Assembly (NCBI GenBank): GCA_040954595.2
Contig: CM082596.2
Span: 10,716,354 to 10,780,353 of the forward strand
Origin: Balanoglossus misakiensis
Taxonomy: Eukaryota; Animalia; Hemichordata
Direction: 5' to 3'
Length of the DNA: 64,000 nucleotides
Position numbers and translations under genes: made by a program. How positions within the stretch are numbered: the first letter of the stretch is position 1; each line of letters begins with the position of its first letter. This document shows, one piece after another, positions 49,601-61,600 of this stretch. Below the pieces are notes generated by a model. It was not told where the DNA came from and did not search any database. It worked only from the letters and a program-made list of their open reading frames with translations.

Positions 49601-52600
49601 TTGCAAAGTCGAAAAATTGGCATTTTTGGACGATTTTCGTGAGCCGTAACCCATGATTTTTTTCAAAAATGCAGAAATTTTGAATTTTCGCAAAGTATAA
49701 AAATTGTCATTTTTGGACGATTTTCGTGAGCCGTAACCCATTATTTTTTTCAAAAAATGCAGAAATTTAGAACTTTCGCAAAGTAGAAAAATTGTCATTT
49801 TTGGACGATTTTCGTGAGCCGTGACCCATGATTTTTTTCAAAAAATGCAGAAATTTTGAATGTTCGCAAAGTAGAAAAATTGTCATTTTTGGACGATTTT
49901 CGTGAGCCGTAACCCATGATTTTTTTCAAAAAATGCAGAAATTTTGAACATTCGCAAAGTCGAAAAATTGTCATTTTTGGACGATTTTCGTGAGTCTTAA
50001 CCCATGATTTTTTTTTTAAAATGCAGAAATTTTGAACTTTTTCAAAGTCGATGAATTGTCATTTTTGGACGATTTTCGTGAGCCGTAACCCATGATTTTT
50101 TTCAAAAAATGCAGAAATTTTGAACATACGCAAAGTCGAAAAATTGTCCTTTTTGGACGATTTTCGTGAGACGTAACCCATGATTTTTTTCAAAACATGC
50201 AGAAATTTTGAACTTTCGCAAAGTCGAAAAATTGTCATTTTGGACGATTTTAGTGAGCCGTAACCCATGATTTTTTTCAAAAATGCAGAAATTTTGAATT
50301 TTCGCAAAGTAGAAAAATTGTCATTTTTGGACGATTTTCGTGAGCCGTGACCCATGATTTTTTTCAAAAAATGCAGAAATTTTGAATGTTCGCAAAGTAG
50401 AAAAATTGTCATTTTTGGACGATTTTCGTGAGCCGTAACCCATGATTTTTTTCAAAAAATGCAGAAATTTTGAACATTCGCAAAGTCGAAAAATTGTCAT
50501 TTTTGGACGATTTTCGTGAGTCTTAACCCATGATTTTTTTTTTAAAATGCAGAAATTTTGAACTTTTTCAAAGTCGATGAATTGTCATTTTTGGACGATT
50601 TTCGTGAGCCGTAACCCATGATTTTTTTCAAAAAATGCAGAAATTTTGAACATACGCAAAGTCGAAAAATTGTCCTTTTTGGACGATTTTCGTGAGACGT
50701 AACCCATGATTTTTTTCAAAACATGCAGAAATTTTGAACTTTCGCAAAGTCGAAAAATTGTCATTTTGGACGATTTTAGTGAGCCGTAACCCATGATTTT
50801 TTTCAAAAATGCAGAAATTTTGAATTTTCGCAAAGTAGAAAAATTGTCATTTTTGGACGATTTTCGTGAGCCGTAACCCATGATTTTTTTCAAAAAATGC
50901 AGAAATTTTGAACATTCGCAAAGTCCAAAAATTGTCATTTTAGAACGATATTCGTGAGCCGTAACCCATGATTTTTTCAAAAAATGCAGAAATTTTGAAC
51001 TTTTGCAAAGTATAAAAATTGTCATTTTTGGACGATTTTCGTGAGCCGTAACCCATGATTTTTTTCAAAAAATGCAGAAATTTTGAACTTTCGCAAAGTC
51101 AAAAAATGTCATTTTTGGACGATTTTCGTGAGCCGTAACCCATGATTTTTTTCAAAAAATGCAGAAATTTTGAACTTTTGCAAAGTCGAAAAATTGTCAT
51201 TTTGGACGATTTTAGTGAGCCGTAACCCATGATTTTTTTCAAAAAATGCAGAAATTTAGAACTTTTGCAAAGTCAAAAAATTTTCATTTTTGAAATATTT
51301 TCGTGAGCCGTAACCCATGATTTTTTTCAAAAAATGCAGAAATTTTGAACTTTCGCAAAGTCAAAAAAATGTCATTTTTGGACGATTTTCGTGAGCCGTG
51401 ACCCATGATTTTTTTCAAAAAATGCAGAAATTTTGAATGTTCGCAAAGTAGAAAAATTGTCATTTTTGGACGATTTTCGTGAGCCGTAACCCATGATTTT
51501 TTTCAAAAAATGCAGAAATTTTGAACTTTCGCAAAGTCGAAAAATTGTCATTTTTGGACGATTTTCGTGAGCCGTAACCCATGATTTTTTTCAAAAAATG
51601 CAGAAATTTAGAACTTTCGCAAAGTAGAAAAATTGTCATTTTTGGACGATTTTCGTGAGCCGTGACCCATGATTTTTTCAAAAAATGCAGAAATGTTGAA
51701 TGTTCTCAAAGTAGAAAAATTGTCATTTTTGGACGATTTTCGTGAGCCGTAACCCATGATTTTTTTCAAAAAATGCAGAAATTTTGAACATTCGCAAAGT
51801 CGAAAAATTGTCATTTTTGGACGATTTTCGTGAGCCGTGACCCATGATTTTTTTCAAAAATGCAGAAATTTTGAACTTTTGCAAAGTCGATGAATTGTCC
51901 TTTTTGGACGATTTTCGTGAGACGTAACCAATGATTTTTTTCAAAAAATGCAGAAATTTGAAAATTCGCGAAGTCGAAAAATTGTCATTTTGGACGATTT
52001 TAGTGAGCCGTAACCCATGATTTTTTTCAAAAATGCAGAAATTTTGAATTTTCGCAAAGTAGAAAAATTGTCATTTTAGAACGATATTCGTGAGCCGTAA
52101 CCCATGATTTTTTCAAAAAATGCAGAAATTTAGAACTTTCGCAAAGTAGAAAAATTGTCATTTTTAGACGATTTTCGTGAGCCTTGACCAATGATTTTTT
52201 TCAAAAAATGCAGAAATTTAGAAGTTTTGCAAAGTAGAAAAATTGTCATTTTTGGACGATTTTCGTGAGCCGTGACCCATGATTTTTTTCAAAAAGTGCA
52301 GAAATTTAGAACTTTTGCAAAGTCAAAAAATTTTCATTTTTGAAATATTTTCGTGAGCCGTAACCCATGATTTTTTTCAAAAAATGCAGAAATTTTGAAC
52401 TTTCGCAAAGTCAAAAAAATGTCATTTTTGGACGATTTTCGTGAGCCGTGACCCATGATTTTTTTCAAAAAATGCAGAAATTTTGAATGTTCGCAAAGTA
52501 GAAAAATTGTCATTTTTGGACGATTTTCGTGAGCCGTAACCCATGATTTTTTTTCAAAAAATGCAGAAATTTTGAACTTTCGCAAAGTCGAAAAATTGCC

Positions 52601-55600
52601 CTTTTTCGGACGATTTTCGTGAGCCGTAACCCATGATTTTTTTCAAAAAATGCAGAAATTTAGAACTTTTGCAAAGTCGATGAATTGTCATTTTTGGACG
52701 ATTTTCGTGAGCCGTAACCCATGACTTTTTTCAAAAAATGCAGAAATTTTGAAAATTCGCAAAGTCGAAAAATTGTCCTTTTTGGACGATTTTCGTGAGA
52801 CGTAACCCATGATTTTTTTCAAAAAATGCAGAAATTTTGAACTTTCGCAAAGTCGAAAAATTGTCATTTTGGACGATTTTAGTGAGCCGTAACCCATGAT
52901 TTTTTTCAAAAATGCAGAAATTTTGAATTTTCGCAAAGTAGAAAAATTGTCATTTTTGAACGATTTTCGTGAGCCGTAACCCATGATTTTTTTCAAAAAA
53001 TGCAGAAATTTTGAACATTCGCAAAGTCGAAAAATTGTCATTTTAGAACGATATTCGTGAGCCGTAACCCATGATTTTTTTCAAAAAATGCAGAAATTTT
53101 GAACTTTTGCAAAGTCGAAAAATTGGCATTTTTGGACTATTTTCGTGGGCCGTAACCCATGATTTTTTTCAAAAAATGCAAAACTTTTGAACATTCGCGA
53201 AGTCGAGAAATTGTCATTTTTGGACGATTTTCATGAGCCGTAACCGTGATTTTTTTCAAAAAATGCAGAAATTTAGAACTTTCGCAAAGTCGAAAAATTG
53301 TCATTTTTGGACGATTTTCGTGAGCCGTGACCCATGATTTTTTTCAAAAAATGCAGAAATTTTGAATGTTCGCAAAGTCGAAAAATTGGCATTTTTGGAC
53401 GATTTTCGTGAGCCGTAACCCATGATTTTTTTCAAAAAATGCAGAAATTTTGAATTTTCGCAAAGTAGAAAAATTGTCATTTTAGAACGATATTCGTGAG
53501 CCGTAACCCATGATTTTTTCAAAAAATGCAGAAATTTAGAACTTTCGCAAAGTAGAAAAATTGTCATTTTTAGACGATTTTCGTGAGCCTTGACCAATGA
53601 TTTTTTTCAAAAAATGCAGAAATTTAGAAGTTTTGCAAAGTAGAAAAATTGTCATTTTTGGACGATTTTCGTGAGCCGTGACCCATGATTTTTTTCAAAA
53701 AGTGCAGAAATTTAGAACTTTTGCAAAGTCAAAAAATTTTCATTTTTGAAATATTTTCGTGAGCCGTAACCCATGATTTTTTTCAAAAAATGCAGAAATT
53801 TTGAACTTTCGCAAAGTCAAAAAAATGTCATTTTTGGACGATTTTCGTGAGCCGTGACCCATGATTTTTTTCAAAAAATGCAGAAATTTTGAATGTTCGC
53901 AAAGTAGAAAAATTGTCATTTTTGGACGATTTTCGTGAGCCGTAACCCATGATTTTTTTTCAAAAAATGCAGAAATTTTGAACTTTCGCAAAGTCGAAAA
54001 ATTGCCCTTTTTCGGACGATTTTCGTGAGCCGTAACCCATGATTTTTTTCAAAAAATGCAGAAATTTAGAACTTTTGCAAAGTCGATGAATTGTCATTTT
54101 TGGACGATTTTCGTGAGCCGTAACCCATGACTTTTTTCAAAAAATGCAGAAATTTTGAAAATTCGCAAAGTCGAAAAATTGTCCTTTTTGGACGATTTTC
54201 GTGAGACGTAACCCATGATTTTTTTCAAAAAATGCAGAAATTTTGAACTTTCGCAAAGTCGAAAAATTGTCATTTTGGACGATTTTAGTGAGCCGTAACC
54301 CATGATTTTTTTCAAAAATGCAGAAATTTTGAATTTTCGCAAAGTAGAAAAATTGTCATTTTTGAACGATTTTCGTGAGCCGTAACCCATGATTTTTTTC
54401 AAAAAATGCAGAAATTTTGAACATTCGCAAAGTCGAAAAATTGTCATTTTAGAACGATATTCGTGAGCCGTAACCCATGATTTTTTCAAAAAATGCAGAA
54501 ATTTTGAACTTTTGCAAAGTCGAAAAATTGGCATTTTCGGACTATTTTCGTGAGCCGTAACCCATGATTTTTTTCAAAAAATGCAAAACTTTTGAACATT
54601 CGCGAAGTCGAGAAATTGTCATTTTTGGACGATTTTCATGAGCCGTAACCGTGATTTTTTTCAAAAAATGCAGAAATTTAGAACTTTCGCAAAGTCGAAA
54701 AATTGTCATTTTTGGACGATTTTCGTGAGCCGTGACCCATGATTTTTTTCAAAAAATGCAGAAATTTTGAATGTTCGCAAAGTAGAAAAATTGTCATTTT
54801 TGGACGATTTTCGTGAGCCGTAACCCATGATTTTTTTCAAAAAATGCAGAAATTTTGAACTTTCGCAAAGTCGAAAAATTGTCATTTTTGGACGATTTTC
54901 GTGAGCCGTAACCCATGATTTTTTTCAAAAAATGCAGAAATTTTGAATGTTCGCAAAGTAGAAAAATTGTCATTTTTAGACGATTTTCGTGAGCCTTGAC
55001 CAATGATTTTTTTCAAAAAATGCAGAAATTTAGAAGTTTTGCAAAGTAGAAAAATTGTCATTTTTGGACGATTTTCGTGAGCCGTGACCCATGATTTTTT
55101 TCAAAAAATGCAGAAATTTAGAACTTTTGCAAAGTCAAAAAATTTTCATTTTTGAAATATTTTCGTGAGCCGTAACCCATGATTTTTTTTCAAAAAATGC
55201 AGAAATTTTGAACTTTCGCAAAGTCAAAAAAATGTCATTTTTGGACGATTTTCGTGAGCCGTGACCCATGATTTTTTTCAAAAAATGCAGAAATTTTGAA
55301 TGTTCGCAAAGTAGAAAAATTGTCATTTTTGGACGATTTTCGTGAGCCGTAACCCATGATTTTTTTCAAAAAATGCAGAAATTTTGAACTTTCGCAAAGT
55401 CGAAAAATTGTCATTTTTGGACGATTTTCGTGAGCCGTAACCCATGATTTTTTTCAAAAAATGCAGAAATTTTGAACTTTCGCAAAGTCGAAAAATTGTC
55501 ATTTTTGGACGATTTTCGTGAGCCGTAACCCATGATTTTTTTCAAAAAATGCAGAAATTTTGAATGTTCGCAAAGTAGAAAAATTGTCATTTTTAGACGA

Positions 55601-58600
55601 TTTTCGTGAGCCTTGACCAATGATTTTTTTCAAAAAATGCAGAAATTTAGAAGTTTTGCAAAGTAGAAAAATTGTCATTTTTGGACGATTTTCGTGAGCC
55701 GTGACCCATGATTTTTTTCAAAAAATGCAGAAATTTAGAACTTTTGCAAAGTCAAAAAATTTTCATTTTTGAAATATTTTCGTGAGCCGTAACCCATGAT
55801 TTTTTTCAAAAAAAGCAGAAATTTTGAACTTTCGCAAAGTCAAAAAAATGTCATTTTTGGACGATTTTCGTGAGCCGTGACCCATGATTTTTTTCAAAAA
55901 ATGCAGAAATTTTGAATGTTCGCAAAGTAGAAAAATTGTCATTTTTGGACGATTTTCGTGAGCCGTGACCCATGATTTTTTCAAAAAATGCAGAAATTTT
56001 GAATGTTCGCAAAGTAGAAAAATTGTCATTTTTGGACGATTTTCGTGAGCCGTAACCCATGATTTTTTTCAAAAAATGCAGAAATTTAGAACTTTCGCAA
56101 AGTAGAAAAATTGTCATTTTTGGACGATTTTCGTGAGCCGTGACCCATGATTTTTTCAAAAAATGCAGAAATTTTGAATGTTCGCAAAGTAGAAAAATTG
56201 TCATTTTTGGACGATTTTCGTCAGCCTTAACCCATGATTTTTTTTTTTTAAATGCAGAAATTTTGAACTTTTGCAAAGTCGATGAATTGTCATTTTTGGA
56301 CGATTTTCGTGAGCCGTAACCCATGATTTTTTTTCAAAAAATGCAGAAATTTGAAAATTCGCAAAGTCGAAAAATTGTCCTTTTTGGACGATTTTCGTGA
56401 GACGTAACCAATGATTTTTTTCAAAAAATGCAGAAATTTTGAACTTTCGCAAAGTCGAAAAATTGTCATTTTGGACGATTTTAGTGAGCCGTAACCCATG
56501 ATTTTTTTCAAAAATGCAGAAATTTTGAATTTTCGCAAAGTAGAAAAAATTTCATTTTAGAACGATATTCGTGAGCCGTAACCCATGATTTTTTCAAAAA
56601 ATGCAGAAATTTAGAACTTTCGCAAAGTAGAAAAATTGTCATTTTTAGACAATTTTCGTGAGCCGTGACCCATGATTTTTTTCAAAAATGCAGAAATTTT
56701 GAACTTTTGCAAAGTCGATGAATTGTCCTTTTTGGACGATTTTCGTGAGACGTAACCAATGATTTTTTTCAAAAAATGCAGAAATTTTGAACTTTCGCAA
56801 AGTCGAAAAATTGTCATTTTGGACGATTTTAGTGAGCCGTAACCCATGATTTTTTTCAAAAATGCAGAAATTTTGAATTTTCGCAAAATAGAAAAATTGT
56901 CATTTTAGAACGATATTCGTGAGCCGTAACCCATGATTTTTTCAAAAAATGCAGAAATTTAGAACTTTCGCAAAGTAGAAAAATTGTCATTTTTAGACGA
57001 TTTTCGTGAGCCGTGACCCATGATTTTTTCAAAAAATGCAGAAATTTTGAATGTTCGCAAAGTAGAAAAATTGTCATTTTTGGACGATTTTCGTGAGCCG
57101 TAACCCATGATTTTTTTCAAAAAATGCAGAAATTTTGAACATTCGCAAAGTCGAAAAATTGTCATTTTTGGACGATTTTCGTGAGCCTTAACCCATGATT
57201 TTTTTTTTTTTAATGCAGAAATTTTGAACTTTTGCAAAGTCGATGAATTGTCATTTTTGGACGATTTTCGTGAGCCGTAACCCATGATTTTTTTCAAAAA
57301 ATGCAGAAATTTAGAACTTTTGCAAAGTCGATGAATTGTCATTTTTGGACGATTTTCGTGAGCCGTAACCCATGACTTTTTTCAAAAAATGCAGAAATTT
57401 TGAAAATTCGCAAAGTCGAAAAATTGTCCTTTTTGGACGATTTTCGTGAGACGTAACCCATGATTTTTTTCAAAAAATGCAGAAATTTTGAACTTTCGCA
57501 AAGTCGAAAAATTGTCATTTTGGACGATTTTAGTAGGCCGTAACCCATGATTTTTTTCAAAAATGCAGAAATTTTGAATTTTCGCAAAGTAGAAAAATTG
57601 TCATTTTTGAACGATTTTCGTGAGCCGTAACCCATGATTTTTTTCAAAAAATGCAGAAATTTTGAACATTCGCAAAGTCGAAAAATTGTCATTTTAGAAC
57701 GATATTCGTGAGCCGTAACCCATGATTTTTTCAAAAAATGCAGAAATTTTGAACTTTTGCAAAGTCGAAAAATTGGCATTTTTGGACTATTTTCGTGAGC
57801 CGTAACCCATGATTTTTTTCAAAAAATGCAAAACTTTTGAACATTCGCGAAGTCGAGAAATTGTCATTTTTGGACGATTTTCATGAGCCGTAACCGTGAT
57901 TTTTTTCAAAAAATGCAGAAATTTAGAACTTTCGCAAAGTCGAAAAATTGTCATTTTTGGACGATTTTCGTGAGCCGTGACCCATGATTTTTTTCAAAAA
58001 ATGCAGAAATTTTGAATGTTCGCAAAGTAGAAAAATTGTCATTTTTGGACGATTTTCGTGAGCCGTAACCCATGATTTTTTTCAAAAAATGCAGAAATTT
58101 TGAACTTTCGCAAAGTCGAAAAATTGTCATTTTTGGACGATTTTCGTGAGCCGTAACCCATGATTTTTTTCAAAAAATGCAGAAATTTTGAATGTTCGCA
58201 AAGTAGAAAAATTGTCATTTTTAGACGATTTTCGTGAGCCTTGACCAATGATTTTTTTCAAAAAATGCAGAAATTTAGAAGTTTTGCAAAGTAGAAAAAT
58301 TGTCATTTTTGGACGATTTTCGTGAGCCGTGACCCATGATTTTTTTCAAAAAATGCAGAAATTTAGAACTTTTGCAAAGTCAAAAAATTTTCATTTTTGA
58401 AATATTTTCGTGAGCCGTAACCCATGATTTTTTTTCAAAAAATGCAGAAATTTTGAACTTTCGCAAAGTCAAAAAAATGTCATTTTTGGACGATTTTCGT
58501 GAGCCGTGACCCATGATTTTTTTCAAAAAATGCAGAAATTTTGAATGTTCGCAAAGTAGAAAAATTGTCATTTTTGGACGATTTTCGTGAGCCGTAACCC

Positions 58601-61600
58601 ATGATTTTTTTCAAAAAATGCAGAAATTTTGAACTTTCGCAAAGTCGAAAAATTGTCATTTTTGGACGATTTTCGTGAGCCGTAACCCATGATTTTTTTC
58701 AAAAAATGCAGAAATTTTAAACTTTCGCAAAGTCGAAAAATTGTCATTTTTGGACGATTTTCGTGAGCCGTAACCCATGATTTTTTTCAAAAAATGCAGA
58801 AATTTTGAATGTTCGCAAAGTAGAAAAATTGTCATTTTTAGACGATTTTCGTGAGCCTTGACCAATGATTTTTTTTCAAAAAATGCAGAAATTTAGAAGT
58901 TTTGCAAAGTAGAAAAATTGTCATTTTTGGACGATTTTCGTGAGCCGTGACCCATGATTTTTTTCAAAAAATGCAGAAATTTAGAACTTTTGCAAAGTCA
59001 AAAAATTTTCATTTTTGAAATATTTTCGTGAGCCGTAACCCATGATTTTTTTTCAAAAAATGCAGAAATTTTGAACTTTCGCAAAGTCAAAAAAATGTCA
59101 TTTTTGGACGATTTTCGTGAGCCGTGACCCATGATTTTTTTCAAAAAATGCAGAAATTTTGAATGTTCGCAAAGTAGAAAAATTGTCATTTTTGGACGAT
59201 TTTCGTGAGCCGTGACCCATGATTTTTTCAAAAAATGCAGAAATTTTGAATGTTCGCAAAGTAGAAAAATTGTCATTTTTGGACGATTTTCGTGAGCCGT
59301 AACCCATGATTTTTTTCAAAAAATGCAGAAATTTAGAACTTTCGCAAAGTAGAAAAATTGTCATTTTTGGACGATTTTCGTGAGCCGTGACCCATGATTT
59401 TTTCAAAAAATGCAGAAATTTTGAATGTTCGCAAAGTAGAAAAATTGTCATTTTTGGACGATTTTCGTGAGCCTTAACCCATGATTTTTTTTTTTTAAAT
59501 GCAGAAATTTTGAACTTTTGCAAAGTCGATGAATTGTCATTTTTGGACGATTTTCGTGAGCCGTAACCCATGATTTTTTTCAAAAAATGCAGAAATTTGA
59601 AAATTCGCAAAGTCGAAAAATTGTCCTTTTTGGACGATTTTCGTGAGACGTAACCAATGATTTTTTTCAAAAAATGCAGAAATTTTGAACTTTCGCAAAG
59701 TCGAAAAATTGTCATTTTGGACGATTTTAGTGAGCCGTAACCCATGATTTTTTTCAAAAATGCAGAAATTTTGAATTTTCGCAAAGTAGAAAAAATTTCA
59801 TTTTAGAACGATATTCGTGAGCCGTAACCCATGATTTTTTCAAAAAATGCAGAAATTTAGAACTTTCGCAAAGTAGAAAAATTGTCATTTTTAGACAATT
59901 TTCGTGAGCCGTGACCCATGATTTTTTTCAAAAATGCAGAAATTTTGAACTTTTGCAAAGTCGATGAATTGTCCTTTTTGGACGATTTTCGTGAGACGTA
60001 ACCAATGATTTTTTTCAAAAAATGCAGAAATTTTGAACTTTCGCAAAGTCGAAAAATTGTCATTTTGGACGATTTTAGTGAGCCGTAACCCATGATTTTT
60101 TTCAAAAATGCAGAAATTTTGAATTTTCGCAAAATAGAAAAATTGTCATTTTAGAACGATATTCGTGAGCCGTAACCCATGATTTTTTCAAAAAATGCAG
60201 AAATTTAGAACTTTCGCAAAGTAGAAAAATTGTCATTTTTAGACGATTTTCGTGAGCCGTGACCCATGATTTTTTCAAAAAATGCAGAAATTTTGAATGT
60301 TCGCAAAGTAGAAAAATTGTCATTTTTGGACGATTTTCGTGAGCCGTAACCCATGATTTTTTTCAAAAAATGCAGAAATTTTGAACATTCGCAAAGTCGA
60401 AAAATTGTCATTTTTGGACGATTTTCGTGAGCCTTAACCCATGATTTTTTTTTTTTTTAATGCAGAAATTTTGAACTTTTGCAAAGTCGATGAATTGTCA
60501 TTTTTGGACGATTTTCGTGAGCCGTAACCCATGATTTTTTTCAAAAAATGCAGAAATTTTGAAAATTCGCAAAGTCGAAAAATTGTCCTTTTTGGACGAT
60601 TTTCGTGAGACGTAACCCATGATTTTTTTCAAAAAATGCAGAAATTTTGAACTTTCGCAAAGTCGAAAAATTGTCATTTTGGACGATTTTAGTGAGCCGT
60701 AACCCATGATTTTTTTCAAAAATGCAGAAATTTTGAATTTTCGCAAAGTAGAAAAATTGTCATTTTAGAACGATATTCGTGAGCCGTAACCCATGATTTT
60801 TTCAAAAAATGCAGAAATTTTGAACTTTTGCAAAGTCGAAAAATTGGCATTTTTGGACGATTTTCGTGAGCCGTAACCCATGATTTTTTTCAAAAAATGC
60901 AAAACTTTTGAACATTCGCAAAGTCGAAAAATTGTCATTTTTGGACGATTTTCATGAGCCGTAACCGTGATTTTTTTCAAAAAATGCAGAAATTTAGAAC
61001 TTTCGCAAAGTCGAAAAATGTCATTTTTGGACGATTTTCGTGAGCCTTGACCAATGATTTTTTTCAAAAAATGCAGAAATTTAGAACTTTTGCAAAGTAG
61101 AAATATTGTCATTTTTGGACGATTTTCGTGAGCCGTGACACATGATTTTTTTCAAAAAATGCAGAAATTTAGAACTTTTGCAAAGTCAAAAAATTTTCAT
61201 TTTTGGACTATTTTCGTGAGCCGTGACCCATGATTTTTTTCAAAAAATGCAGAAATTTAGAACTTTTGCAAAGTCAAAAAATTTTCATTTTTGGACTATT
61301 TTCGTGAGCCGTAACCCATGATTTTTTTCAAAAAATGCAGAAATTTTGAACTTTCGCAAAGTCAAAAAAATGTCATTTTTGGACGATTTTCGTGAGCCGT
61401 AACCCATGATTTTTTTCAAAAAATGCAGAAATTTAGAACTTTCGCAAAGTAGAAAAATTGTCATTTTTGGACGATTTTCGTGAGCCGTAACCCCGTGATT
61501 TTTTTCAAAAAATGCAGAAATTTTGAATGTTCGCAAAGTAGAAAAGTTGTCATTTTTGGACGATTTTCGTGAGCCGTAACCCATGATTTTTTTCAAAAAA